From Polyangiaceae bacterium (GTDB taxonomy: Bacteria; Myxococcota_A; Polyangia; Polyangiales; Polyangiaceae), in the NCBI GenBank assembly GCA_033763455.1, contig JANRKO010000006.1, forward strand, positions 192,001-256,000: a stretch of 64,000 nucleotides of DNA, in the 5' to 3' direction. The position numbers were made by a program, and so were the translations under genes. Shown here in pieces: positions 16,927-27,510 of the stretch (positions are counted from its first letter, which is position 1; the number at the start of each line of letters is the position of its first letter). Under the pieces are notes generated by a model, which was not told the origin of the DNA, did no database searches, and saw nothing but the letters and a program-made list of their open reading frames with translations.

Positions 16927-19900
16927 CTACAAGCGTGAACGTGCGAGTGTGTAGTCGTCTGACAGGCTAAAGACCGCTAGCTCTCGCGCTTCGTTGTGCC
17001 GCATCAAAAATCGAACGCGCGCCTCGCGATCAAGATCGCGTAAAGAATGCTGTCCGGAACTGAGCGCTATGGCCTCCATCGCGGTGTTCACGTTGCCGTA
17101 CGCCAAAAGCGCTGCTCGGCTGGCCCACTGCTGTGCCAAGATCCCGAGTTGATTCGCACGATTCCCGAGCGTTTGGGCCACTTGGGCAGCCAAATCTGCA
17201 AGTTCGGGTGAGGCGGGCAACATGTATGGCGTGAGTTTGGCACGCGCGCTTGCAAGCTTGGCTGCATCCACGTTGATCGGGTGAACCTGTGGAGAAAGTA
17301 AGTTGAGTAGGGCCGCGAGGATCGGGCCGAGCTCGATCGCCGCAAGCCGAGTCAGTACCGAGGTGTGCGCCATGAGGAGCTTCAGACTGCGTGTGATCAC
17401 GAAGGTGCGCACGGTGGGCTCGCTGAGAGCCAGGCTCTTGCCGACGATCAAGAGGGGGCCGGCACCGAGTGTTGGGATGCACACCGCGCCCAGAACAGGA
17501 GAAGCGAGAATTGTCGGAGTAGGGAGCCCCAATTGAGCGGAAATCTCCACTACCTCCTCTTCGAGCGAGAGCTCCGTGCTTCCAAACGGTTCGGCGCGCA
17601 GGGTGTGAGCGTCCAAGGGGTACGCGAGTTCCAGGATTTGGTGGGTTTGAGCCAGCAACGTGCGAAAACCCTGCGTGAAGATCTCCGGAGCCAAAAGATC
17701 ATCGAATGCCGAGTCGAGTGCCCCGAGCCCCACCCCGCGCAATGCGAAGGAGCCTCCAATTAGGCCGGAGAGCGTCGCTTCCGCAGCTTCGCCAAGCGCC
17801 AGATCTTGTTTGAGTTCAGCGGCTTTGCGGAGAAGCTGAAAGAAGCTTGGGTCAAAGCGCCCGGCGCTTACGGCACGGCGGGCATCGGCGAGGGCTGTTT
17901 GCAGGGCCTTATCCGAAAGATCTGTTTGCCCCGCACGTCGATAGACGCCCACGAGTGCACTCAGGACATCACCGTCTTGAGGCCACTGACGTCGAGCTCT
18001 TTCAAGTGTGGCCTGTGCCTTCTTTGGTTCCTGAGCCGCATGTTCCTGCAACAGTGCCAACTCGACCGTGCGGTTTCGCTTTTCGTCGTCGGTGGTGGCG
18101 TGCTCCAACAGTTGAGTGGCAAGCTTGATCGCTCGATCCGTCTGACCGAGCTTGCTATAGACTTGAGCCAGGGCCTGAAGCGCCCTTGCGTCATCCGGGT
18201 TGCGCTTGAGAACCTCGTTGAATGCCACTTCAGCACGCTCCGGGTTTGGTAGCTCTGCGCTATAGAGGTGCCCCAAACGGAGGTAAATTTCAGTCTGTTT
18301 CAGTGGATCAACCAACTGTCGAACCACGCGCAGCCAGGCCTGCTCCGCCGCCGTAAAGTCGCAAGCCTGGACACTCAAGTCCGCAAAAGCAGTGAGCGCT
18401 TCGGCGTGGTTGGGTGAAAGCTCTAGCACTCGGGATAGACCTTCGCGTGCTAGCGCATGCTCACCAAGGCCAATCAGTGTTCGGCATCGATCCACCTCTA
18501 GTGGCAAGCGGACCTCAAGGTCGCTCGTTATCGCCAATCGTTGCTCAAGCAGATTCACTACGTTCGCGAGCTGGTTAGTTTCACGATAGAGGGCGAGGAG
18601 CCGCGTAAACGTGTCGTCGTCCCGCGGGTCAATGTCGAGCGCTCTTCTGAGCGACTCAATGGCCCTGGGTTTGTCGTCCACGTGATCTTGCCAGACCATC
18701 GCAGCCCGGCGGAAAGCCCGACGTTGTTGCTCTGGCGAGCTGCTCGCGGCCCCCAGTGCCTCCCACGCGCGCGCGGAGGCAGAATAATCGCCGAGCCTTT
18801 CCGTCAGATCTGCTTTGCGCATAAGGAGCACCCAGTGCTCACCCACGGCTTCGAGTCCCTGATTGATCAGGGCAAGCGCGGTGGGATAACGCTCCAGTGC
18901 CATGGTGGCCTCTGCGGCTCGGAGCGTCAGTGTTGCGCGGTCCAGCGGGTTTTCAGCCCGTTCGATGAGAGGGTAGCTCAACGTAAGCGTGCGCTCGGCG
19001 TCGCGCCCAAGCGCCTGCGTGTACAACTTTCTCTGTGCCCAAAGGGGAGGGGAGAGTTGCCCGTGGGCGAACGTCGTCGCAGCCTCGGAGCGCTCAGGCT
19101 GATCGGAAACAACGCCGAGATGCGCCGCGAGCCACGCGTAGGCGAGACCTGTGTGCCCATCTAGCTCCGCGGCAAGAACCTCGCTGATCCTTGCTAGCTC
19201 TATCCAGGGTTCGCGTTCGGCAACGGCACTTCGTCGAACAGCGTACAACGCTGGAATGTGCCTGGGCACCAGGCTCAAAATGGCTCGGTACTCGCGGAGA
19301 CTTTCTTCGTTTCGGTCCTGGAGGCTGAGCAGTCTGGCTCGTTCGTTCAAGATTGGGAGGCGGTCCGCGGGACCTGCCTCAAGCGCAGCTTGGGACGCGC
19401 GAATGTACTCGTCGAGCCCTCGACCTTCGCGCAGGTTCAGATCGTGAATGAAGCGACCGAGTGGTTCGTCGGGACCCCCCAGGCACTCGACCGCTTTGTC
19501 CCGTTCTCCCAGTGCGGCGTATATGAGTGCTGATGAGAATCCGAGTGTGCGCGCATCTTCTGCGGGGAGTTGGGCAGCGAAAAGCTGCCTCAGTTCGGCT
19601 CGTTCTCGGAGCTCCAGCGCGCTCCATCGCTCGAGGAAAAGGGCCGTGGCTAGGTCTTTTTGGCCAAGATCGATCGCTTGTTCCAGAAGGCTGCGCGCTA
19701 CATCCGGCGCGGTTTGCGCCACATGCCAACATTCTCGAAGCAGCAATAGTGCTTGCTCTCGGGGCGTTGACCGATGCCTTCGGACTTCGCGGAAGAGATC
19801 GCCGAGTACCACTTCTTCGTTCCTTCGCCGTGCGTCGCGAAAACGCAGGTCCTCGGCGAAAGGCAAGGAAGGTTCGGCTTCGAATGCTTCTTTCAGAGTT

Positions 19901-22020
19901 TTCTGATAGTCGCGGTGTTCGTTGCCTAAATGAAGCGAGCTTTCCGTCAGAAGGAGGGCTCGCCGGACCGGATCTTCGGTGGCTTCCGCCACACTCAACA
20001 ATAGCTGAGCCTGGAGTTCTGCGGGCTTACCCTCAAGCAAAACGCGCGCGATACCCTCATTGTCAGCGTTGCGGCGGAGCGCCTCCGTGTAACAGACCAG
20101 CGCGTCGCTAGTAAGGCCGTGGGCTTCGTAGAGCAGCGCTGCGGTGAGCAGGCGAGCAGAAGGACCGCTGGGATCTTTAGCCTCTTCTCGAAGTTGATCG
20201 GCTAGCCCCTGAGCATCGCGATTCCTGTGCTTGAGCTCGAGTTGCAAGGCCGCAATGAGTGACTTTGCGCTGGCTGGGGCGCCGCGGTAGCGGAGCGCCT
20301 CGCTCAAGGCAGTGAGTGGCTCCGTTGCGCTCAGGGCGCTTGTGTCTGCAAGCGCGTGGGCCAGCCTGGCTTGCCAGATCGCTTCGTGGTCACCCGCGTA
20401 GGCTCGTTCTTCAGGGGGAATATCAGATGCCGTGGCCGTCACTGCGGCAAATAGAGGCAACGATTCGCGGCTATGCAGGGACTCCGAAATGAGGTCACGG
20501 CCCTTTCCCAGTGCCGCACCCAAGAGCGCATAGAGAGCCGTTCGTTCCTCAAGGCTCAACGCCCGTTCTCCGCGCGCTTCACCTATAAGTTGGAGCACGT
20601 GCTCGAATTGCCCTGCCTCCACGTTGCCCGCGACAAGGGCGCGCGTAACCAGCGCTGACTCCTTTCGCTTGGCGAGTTCCTCAAGATGCTCTAGCGCTTG
20701 TCCACGTGTCTCCGCTCGATGGCTGAGGAGCATGGCACGCAGCCACAAGGTCGCGCCCTTGAGGCCTTTCGACTGAGCGATGGGTTCCAGGTTCTTGACG
20801 ACTTCCCCCGTCTGCCTATCCCGCATGGCCCGGCTTGCCTGCTGGAAGGCGACACTCATTGGCACATGCTGCCAGGTGTGGTTGGCGCCGGTTCCTCGGG
20901 CCCGTAGCATGTGTTGAGCCGCGTGCTTGAGTTCGCTCAGGCCGTCGCTTTCAGGCCACGTTTCCGGCGACGTTTTGGGGGCTTCAACGTTTTCCAGAAA
21001 TGCGTTGAGCAAGCACCTCGGGTCCGTGGGCTTGAGCTTGCTCAGTAGTTCAACCTTGCGGCTGTGCTGCCCATCATCGCCGAGCTTGAGCCTTTGGATC
21101 TCCGACGAGAAATAGCTGGCGTGGGCGCGTGTTTCCGCTCCCTCACCAGCGCGCAGTTCCCGTTCAAGCTCGTCTGAAACTTTCTTCCAGTCTCCGCGTT
21201 GAGCCGCGAACCACCGCACCTGGCGCGATGCGACTGAAGCGCTTGCGCTTGCTTCGGCTGCCGCAGTCGCGAGTTGGCCTCCGCGAGCAAAATCGCCGAC
21301 CATCGCGCAGAGCTCACTTGCCACCACCAACAGGCGGGCACGGGCTTTGGGATCCTTGGTGACTTGGGCCTGTTGCTCCAGCCACGCTGCCCGTTCGGCC
21401 CACTGCTCCAACATGCCCGATGCGTTGATGTGCAGCGCTGCGGAACGTTCTCCCTCAAGCGTTCGAGGGATGTTTCGAGGCAGCGGTGGTGGTTTAGATG
21501 TGCGCCTCAGCGTGAGTGCCTCTTCGGCAAAGGACTCGGGCCCCCACTCGTCGCCAGGAGCGTCGGGTTGCCCCGGGAAGGCGCGCTCCTCGTTGGCCTT
21601 AGCCTGGGCGTTAGCCGAGAGCGTGCTCGGGTCGAATGAGGAGACTGGCCCTGACCAAGCCTGAGGAGTGGGGGTGTGCGGCGGCTGTTCGACGACTGGG
21701 AGATCTTCGGGAGCGGAAGGTGGGTGAATGGACGGCAACGCTGCCTCCAAGAGGGCGTCAATCTCGTCGTCGCTGCGTGGGGCAGGCCGAGCCAGATCCG
21801 GCGGACGACCGATCGACACGGGGGCGCCTTCGATTCTGGGCGGGGGACCTGAGGCGGCAATTGAAAGGTGGTGGTGTCCAAGCGGTGGGGGCGCGGATGC
21901 GCGGTCGCCGCTGTTGTCGTCACTCAACAGTGCATCCAGCAGCTCCTCCGGTCGAATCGAGGCCGGGCTTGCTTCTGCTTCCGCACCGTCGGGCGGTGGC
22001 GTCAGGTTTCGGTCCGTCAT
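16927..22020 (-). CDS. Giant TPR-repeat protein
   Basis: About 1700 aa; Pro-rich N-terminus and many TPR-like units (ALDIDPRDDD, VLELSPNHAEAL, VLKRNPDDARAL). ATG 22020 overlaps the upstream stop (ATGA). Confidence 0.8.
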   Translation of the reverse strand: MTDRNLTPPPDGAEAEASPASIRPEELLDALLSDDNSGDRASAPPPLGHHHLSIAASGPPPRIEGAPVSIGRPPDLARPAPRSDDEIDALLEAALPSIHPPSAPEDLPVVEQPPHTPTPQAWSGPVSSFDPSTLSANAQAKANEERAFPGQPDAPGDEWGPESFAEEALTLRRTSKPPPLPRNIPRTLEGERSAALHINASGMLEQWAERAAWLEQQAQVTKDPKARARLLVVASELCAMVGDFARGGQLATAAAEASASASVASRQVRWFAAQRGDWKKVSDELERELRAGEGAETRAHASYFSSEIQRLKLGDDGQHSRKVELLSKLKPTDPRCLLNAFLENVEAPKTSPETWPESDGLSELKHAAQHMLRARGTGANHTWQHVPMSVAFQQASRAMRDRQTGEVVKNLEPIAQSKGLKGATLWLRAMLLSHRAETRGQALEHLEELAKRKESALVTRALVAGNVEAGQFEHVLQLIGEARGERALSLEERTALYALLGAALGKGRDLISESLHSRESLPLFAAVTATASDIPPEERAYAGDHEAIWQARLAHALADTSALSATEPLTALSEALRYRGAPASAKSLIAALQLELKHRNRDAQGLADQLREEAKDPSGPSARLLTAALLYEAHGLTSDALVCYTEALRRNADNEGIARVLLEGKPAELQAQLLLSVAEATEDPVRRALLLTESSLHLGNEHRDYQKTLKEAFEAEPSLPFAEDLRFRDARRRNEEVVLGDLFREVRRHRSTPREQALLLLRECWHVAQTAPDVARSLLEQAIDLGQKDLATALFLERWSALELRERAELRQLFAAQLPAEDARTLGFSSALIYAALGERDKAVECLGGPDEPLGRFIHDLNLREGRGLDEYIRASQAALEAGPADRLPILNERARLLSLQDRNEESLREYRAILSLVPRHIPALYAVRRSAVAEREPWIELARISEVLAAELDGHTGLAYAWLAAHLGVVSDQPERSEAATTFAHGQLSPPLWAQRKLYTQALGRDAERTLTLSYPLIERAENPLDRATLTLRAAEATMALERYPTALALINQGLEAVGEHWVLLMRKADLTERLGDYSASARAWEALGAASSSPEQQRRAFRRAAMVWQDHVDDKPRAIESLRRALDIDPRDDDTFTRLLALYRETNQLANVVNLLEQRLAITSDLEVRLPLEVDRCRTLIGLGEHALAREGLSRVLELSPNHAEALTAFADLSVQACDFTAAEQAWLRVVRQLVDPLKQTEIYLRLGHLYSAELPNPERAEVAFNEVLKRNPDDARALQALAQVYSKLGQTDRAIKLATQLLEHATTDDEKRNRTVELALLQEHAAQEPKKAQATLERARRQWPQDGDVLSALVGVYRRAGQTDLSDKALQTALADARRAVSAGRFDPSFFQLLRKAAELKQDLALGEAAEATLSGLIGGSFALRGVGLGALDSAFDDLLAPEIFTQGFRTLLAQTHQILELAYPLDAHTLRAEPFGSTELSLEEEVVEISAQLGLPTPTILASPVLGAVCIPTLGAGPLLIVGKSLALSEPTVRTFVITRSLKLLMAHTSVLTRLAAIELGPILAALLNLLSPQVHPINVDAAKLASARAKLTPYMLPASPELADLAAQVAQTLGNRANQLGILAQQWASRAALLAYGNVNTAMEAIALSSGQHSLRDLDREARVRFLMRHNEARELAVFSLSDDYTLARSRL

Positions 22021-25000
22021 TGCACCCCCAGGCCCAGCTCTCTGCGCAGCGCGAGGTAGCGTGGATCCAGCACAAAACACAGCAGCTTGCGTAACCGCTC
22101 ACGCTCGTCCACGGACGACACCCGGCTCCCCCGCATATCTGGAGTTTTTGCAAGAACCCAGGAAACGTCACCGGCTGCGAGCGCCGCAACACGGTCCATA
22201 CTTGATAGGGCTGCGGCAACCCAGCGGAGGGGCTCTTGGGCAGCTTGGCTGGTTTGCTCCAACAGCGGGGGTAAAGCCTTTCTTGCCTTTCGGCTCAGAC
22301 CTTTGCCGAGGAGGCGAACGAATTCTGCAGTGAGGGCGTAGCTCGGGGCTTTTTGGTCAACACCCAAAACCTGACCGGTTGCCGCGATGAGTGCGGCGAC
22401 TTCGGTGGGCTCACGCGATCGTAGAATGCTTGTCCCGCGTCTTAGTGCAAACAGTTCGCGTGCTACAGCTTGACGGTGCGCGGGGGATAGCGGCGAGAGG
22501 ACGGAGGTGCCGATAACCAATGCGGGTGGCTCGCCGACAATTCCTCGCACTCTGTCTGGTTGCTCCCCGCCTACGTACAACTCAAATTCGCCCACGCCTA
22601 GCGCCCCTGCCCACGCGGAGATTTCGTTTCGGATGGCGAGCCCGAGCCGCGGCTCAACCCGTTGCTTTTTGCCCACTCCGAAACTCTCGAGCGTCGGTCC
22701 GAGGATCTCGGCGTAAGAAGGGGCAGCCTCATGAAACAATTGCGCCAGAGGTCCCTCGTCCTCAGGGTCCAAAAGGTCAGGGATGGAATGCGCGTCGATA
22801 GCCATACTCGGACTTGATGGGACCTTTTCGTCGAGCTTCCGCAGTTCGGCTTCGATCGCTGGGTCCCCGTGGCCCAGCAGAACGAGCGCCCCGAGTGTGA
22901 CTTGCCGCAAGGGTGCATCACCGAGGCACGTCGCTAGGCGGTCGAGGAGCTTCAGCGGTCCTGGTTCGAAGGGGTCGCTGAGGACGAGTCGCACGAGTGG
23001 TGTGCGTGAGCGGTTAGCCAATTGCTGCATTATCTCGGCATCGTGCTCACTTGTCGCCATTACAAGGTCTAGCGCTTCGGGATCCGCCGGCAGTTCTGCG
23101 AGCAGGCAGAGGGCCGCTTTCTTAGCGCGAGCCGGTTGCTGCAGCTTATCGCGAGCGATCACTAGGCATAGACGAGCAGCCTCTGCGCGCCCCTGGGACG
23201 TTTCGCGCTCCCGGCTCAGATCTTCTAACACATCCAACGCCTGTTCGAAGGCGCCGGCGCCGGCGGCGGCGCGGGCTAGCCGTTCACGCACCGGCAACGT
23301 GCTATGGCCCGAGCGGTAGAGGTCCGCCAAGACGGACAGCGCTTTTGGCGTGTCCTTCAGTCTGTTTTCATAGATATCAACCGCCGCAACGCCACTCATA
23401 AGACGCTGCTGGGCGGGTGCGTTGCGCTGATTCGCTAGATTGGCGAGTTGTTCGGCGGCCTGGGCGAAGTCCCCTTGGCTCATGTAGATTTCGGCGGCGA
23501 GAGCCAGGGCTCCGACGTGATCGGGCTCCAGCATCTGAACGCTCTCAAGCGCTAATAGTGCTTCGGGCAGCCGATTCAATGAACGCATCGCTCGCGCCCG
23601 TTCCCAAAAAAGCTTAGCGAGTTCCTCGGGGTCGTCGGTTGCGCTTTCGCGAGCATCGATCAGCTCTAGCAATCTCGGGTGGTCCTTTTTCTCACGAACA
23701 ATCCTAAACAGACGGTCAAAACACCGTGTACGGTGAATATCCCGCGCAACAGATCTGGAAAGCGCGTGTTCGCCAAGCACGGGTTCACTCAATTCATCCA
23801 GGAGAATGCCTGCAGCTTTTTCCCAGTAGAGTGCCCCCTGGGCATCGTCGGTCACAGAATCGCCGAGGCCTGCGTAGGCCTCCGCCAAAAGGCCCCGGTT
23901 GTTGCTAGCTTCGGCCACGGCACGGAGCCCCTCCCAAACGAAAATATCTTCGGGGCTTTCCGCAGCAGCTACCTGGAAGGCTTGTTCAGCGGACGCTAAT
24001 TCACCCGCGGCCAGCAGATTGTAGCCTGCAAGAGCGGTCAGAAGGCTTCGGTTCTCATCACCCAAAACGTCCATGGCGTGTGCCAGGGATGTGGCGCGTC
24101 GGCGAGGATCGCTGCCGGGCGGCGAAAGCTCAAGGTTGAGGAGGCGCGACTCCGCGTCCGTGCCGGTGAGTTCGGGCTTGGGGGCGTTTTCGTCGAGCAG
24201 CAACTGCATCGTCGCCGCTGTTCTTTCGAACGTGCAACGAGCGGAGCCGTGCAAGCGTGCTGCAAGCGTGTGGTGGGCGCGTGCCTCGCTTTCTGGATCC
24301 TCGCTCTGTTGCGAAGCCCAGAGCCACTCGAGGGCTGGTAGCACGGTTGGGTCGCACTTTACCCACTCTTCGGCGCAATCCCGAATATCTGCCTGCCCAG
24401 AGCTCTCGTCAGCTAAGCGCGCGTAGTACGTAGCTGAGCGGGCGATGACGGTGGCTTGCTCGCCCCAGTCCGCGAGGCGTTCGAATACCTCGCAGCGTTC
24501 ATCGCAGCTTGCCTCCGTTGCGTTGAACCAGAGTGCCTCGGTGAGTGCTGACGTCGAACAAAGCTCTGACGGGGTTTCTGCGACTAAGAGTGCAAGCGTT
24601 TCGCCGGCCTTGGCTAGCCCATCTGGCTCCTGTGCTTCTAGAGTAAAGCGCTCCAATAGTAGTAGGGCGCGGCTCTCATCGGAAAGCGGCGCTTCTAGAG
24701 CTTTGCGTCGCACGTCCGGGAGATCTGGCTGGTGCACGCGTCGACCCCAGGCCAAGAGCGGACGGCTCGCAGCCGGTGCGAGCTCGTGGGCGCTCTCAAA
24801 GCTAGCCAAAGCGGTCTGAGGCTCGTTAGCGCGCCATGAGCATAAGCCAGCTTGCAGTAGCAATGCCGCCGCATGTTCACGGTCGTGGGTCCCGAGCGCA
24901 AGCTGGCTGAGGGCTTGAGCCGTTTCCTTCCAAGCTCCACGCTTTTGGCTCAAGTTGGCCATCATCAATGCCGCTACGGGTTCTCTATAGCCAGATTCTT

Positions 25001-26729
25001 CAGCTTCGGTGAGCGCGCGTGCGGCTCGGTCCGGCTTCCCGGTAAGGCACATTCGTAGGGCCAGGGCGCTCATGCGGCTATGTCGGAGCTCCGGATCCGA
25101 TTCCGAATTGGCAATCCAAAGCAGCGCTTTGTCTACTTCTTCGGGAGTACTTAGATGAGAGCTCGGGCCGTACGCGCCGAGCCACGCAGACAGCAGTGCC
25201 TCGGCTTCTGGCTGGCTCTCGTTGAGCGGCACGGCCGCTCCGCGAAGCGCAGCCCTGCGTACGGTTTCAAAATGAAGGCCCGGCTCACCCGCGGTTAGAA
25301 TAAGCCCGAGTTGTGTGCCGGCGTCTTCGAACCACTGCTTGTCGGCGATGCTGGCAGCCAGGAACCGTTCGATGCGGAGTCGCTCGACGGCGGTGTTTGG
25401 CTCACCGTGCTGAAGAAGCTCTCGTGCACGGGGAGCTTGCCCTAGGTGGCGCGCGCTCATCTCTGCGGCGCGGTAAATGTAGCGATCGCGTTCGGCGACG
25501 GTAGTTGATTGCTGAGCGAGGCGTTCGTAGAGCTCGGCGAGAGCCTTCGGCTGGTCGGCTTGTGCGTGGAGCTCAAGCTCTAAAGCTGGTGCAAGCAGGC
25601 CCTCCGGGGTGGCGACTCTAGCGCTACCGGCGGCCGCAAGGGCGCGCGCGAGGTCGCCACGTTGCCGAGCGCTCACGGCGATGTGCAGCCATGCTGCAGC
25701 CTTTTCCGAGTCGGTGGGCTCAAGTTCAAGCCACGCTGTCGCATGACGCGTGCACGCTTCAAGATCTGAGCCAATGCCCGCGTCTGCCAGGGCCAAAGCG
25801 CGCACGCCGGCATGACCCTTGGCCAGCTCGAGTGCGTCGTCGAAGCGCGCCTGCACTCCGTCACCGGAGGCCCGCCCCCAGAGTGCCGCCTTCAGCGCAG
25901 AGTACACTGCGTGCAAGGAGCCTTCTTCCGGCAACAGGCCGAGCCGTGAAGCTGCGTTTTCACCAAGCACCGAAAATAAGCTGGCCTGACGCTGCAGCGC
26001 TTCTTTGGTTACTTCTGGCTGAGCGTGCAAAATTCCCCAACGCTCCAACTCTTGCAGTGGTGCCCAAGCCGCTTCACCCCCCAAATCAGCAGCTGCTTTG
26101 AACGCTTCTAACGCACGCTCAGTTTCCCCCAGGCGATCAGCGATTCGTGCCGCCTCGCAATGGAGAAGAGATTTCCAGTCGCGATGTTGGGTGGCCTCCG
26201 CCTGCATCGCGAGCGCTCGTTCGCGCAAGTCTTCGTCGTGGGTGTGAACGGCGAGAAGCTCGAACAGGAGCCATGTGCTGGGCTCGGTAGCGTCGTTAGC
26301 GGACGCAGCGTCCAGGTATTCTCGCGCTTTCGCGGTATCAGAGCGGACAAGTGCCGCTAGCGCGAGATACAACAGCGCTTGGGTGCGTTCCTCACCCGAC
26401 ACAAAAGAATTCTCTAGGTGACTCAGGATCTCGCTGATGCGCTCAGGTGCTTGCCGTTCGGCGACACCGAGCGCCGAGAAGAGAGGCTCGACGAAGTGTT
26501 GCACGCGCTCGGCCGACTCCACGAGTGTGGTAATGGAGGCGTCAACGTCGTTGAGCAGCGCTCGGATCCATCCTTCCTCGTACAAGAGGATGGCGCGGCG
26601 TTCTGCGCTGTCGCACGCTTCGCGCTCAGCGCTCAGCTGGTCCAACGCTCCTTGTGGCACTTGCACTGCCACAAGGGGAGTGTGGGTGGGGGTGCCGGGA
26701 TCAGGGCTCGGGGAAGGAGAAAACGACAT
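22017..26729 (-). CDS. Giant TPR-repeat protein
   Basis: 1570 aa, helical, with TPR-like units (MLEPDHVGALALAAEIY); C-terminal domain similar to that of the downstream gene. Confidence 0.8.
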   Translation of the reverse strand: MSFSPSPSPDPGTPTHTPLVAVQVPQGALDQLSAEREACDSAERRAILLYEEGWIRALLNDVDASITTLVESAERVQHFVEPLFSALGVAERQAPERISEILSHLENSFVSGEERTQALLYLALAALVRSDTAKAREYLDAASANDATEPSTWLLFELLAVHTHDEDLRERALAMQAEATQHRDWKSLLHCEAARIADRLGETERALEAFKAAADLGGEAAWAPLQELERWGILHAQPEVTKEALQRQASLFSVLGENAASRLGLLPEEGSLHAVYSALKAALWGRASGDGVQARFDDALELAKGHAGVRALALADAGIGSDLEACTRHATAWLELEPTDSEKAAAWLHIAVSARQRGDLARALAAAGSARVATPEGLLAPALELELHAQADQPKALAELYERLAQQSTTVAERDRYIYRAAEMSARHLGQAPRARELLQHGEPNTAVERLRIERFLAASIADKQWFEDAGTQLGLILTAGEPGLHFETVRRAALRGAAVPLNESQPEAEALLSAWLGAYGPSSHLSTPEEVDKALLWIANSESDPELRHSRMSALALRMCLTGKPDRAARALTEAEESGYREPVAALMMANLSQKRGAWKETAQALSQLALGTHDREHAAALLLQAGLCSWRANEPQTALASFESAHELAPAASRPLLAWGRRVHQPDLPDVRRKALEAPLSDESRALLLLERFTLEAQEPDGLAKAGETLALLVAETPSELCSTSALTEALWFNATEASCDERCEVFERLADWGEQATVIARSATYYARLADESSGQADIRDCAEEWVKCDPTVLPALEWLWASQQSEDPESEARAHHTLAARLHGSARCTFERTAATMQLLLDENAPKPELTGTDAESRLLNLELSPPGSDPRRRATSLAHAMDVLGDENRSLLTALAGYNLLAAGELASAEQAFQVAAAESPEDIFVWEGLRAVAEASNNRGLLAEAYAGLGDSVTDDAQGALYWEKAAGILLDELSEPVLGEHALSRSVARDIHRTRCFDRLFRIVREKKDHPRLLELIDARESATDDPEELAKLFWERARAMRSLNRLPEALLALESVQMLEPDHVGALALAAEIYMSQGDFAQAAEQLANLANQRNAPAQQRLMSGVAAVDIYENRLKDTPKALSVLADLYRSGHSTLPVRERLARAAAGAGAFEQALDVLEDLSRERETSQGRAEAARLCLVIARDKLQQPARAKKAALCLLAELPADPEALDLVMATSEHDAEIMQQLANRSRTPLVRLVLSDPFEPGPLKLLDRLATCLGDAPLRQVTLGALVLLGHGDPAIEAELRKLDEKVPSSPSMAIDAHSIPDLLDPEDEGPLAQLFHEAAPSYAEILGPTLESFGVGKKQRVEPRLGLAIRNEISAWAGALGVGEFELYVGGEQPDRVRGIVGEPPALVIGTSVLSPLSPAHRQAVARELFALRRGTSILRSREPTEVAALIAATGQVLGVDQKAPSYALTAEFVRLLGKGLSRKARKALPPLLEQTSQAAQEPLRWVAAALSSMDRVAALAAGDVSWVLAKTPDMRGSRVSSVDERERLRKLLCFVLDPRYLALRRELGLGVQ

Positions 26730-26836
26730 GCGTAGGGGATTCGGGCGGCACTCTATCTCGATTTCGTCGAGCCTGATTCACAAACAGTGGCACACATGAA
26801 GTTGCCTCAATGCTCAGGCTGCGGGAGATTTTCGGT

Positions 26837-27400
26837 TCAATCGTGGCGGCGAACGACCCAGAACCCGCGGGGCGTGTCGATAGGCACTTCGCTCACCTCG
26901 CCCTTTCGCAGGCGAAAGACGGCGTACTCAACGCTCGGCTCGAGTACTCCCTGCTCGATTCTGCCCGCATTCTCTACCGATCCCCGATCCCCTTTCTTCA
27001 CCGCCGCTGCAAAGTCCGCGCGTGCTTCGGGGATTACCGCCGAAGCCTTGGCGAACGCAACGGCGCGGGTTGGCGCGTCGGCCTCGGCCAATTCGGCTCC
27101 AGCATAAGGGAAAAGTATGACTCCAAAGCGCAGCCCGCGGGGCGCGTCGGCCGGCAAGCTGGGGACGGGCGCACCGTCTTCGAGTGTCGAGAATCTGTCC
27201 TTTCGAGGGCCCGCTGGCGCCACAGCGGCAGCCTGCGGGGCGCTCGGAATTGCCGCCTCGGATTTTGCGATTTTTGGCGGTTCCTTTGCGGGGGGAGCGG
27301 GCTTCTTGTCGAACCCGAGGGCGGCTGGGCGCAGCACCGCAAGGGCGAGTATCCCGGCACCGAACACTAGGCCGATTATTCTTAGGGTCCACTGTCGCAT
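26837..27400 (-). CDS. Parvulin/rotamase-type peptidyl-prolyl isomerase-like protein with N-terminal anchor
   Basis: DFAAAVKKGDRGS...GVLEPSVEYAVFRLRKGEVSEVPIDTPRGFWVVRR. Confidence 0.8.
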   Translation of the reverse strand: MRQWTLRIIGLVFGAGILALAVLRPAALGFDKKPAPPAKEPPKIAKSEAAIPSAPQAAAVAPAGPRKDRFSTLEDGAPVPSLPADAPRGLRFGVILFPYAGAELAEADAPTRAVAFAKASAVIPEARADFAAAVKKGDRGSVENAGRIEQGVLEPSVEYAVFRLRKGEVSEVPIDTPRGFWVVRRHD

Positions 27401-27510
27401 CGTGCTCTCGGGTTTCGCGTATCATGACCCTGTGTTGGCCTGGAAGCGTGCTCGGTGCGGAGAGCGACAAATCGCCGGCGGTTTGGTATTGATGAAGAGA
27501 TACCCGCGAT

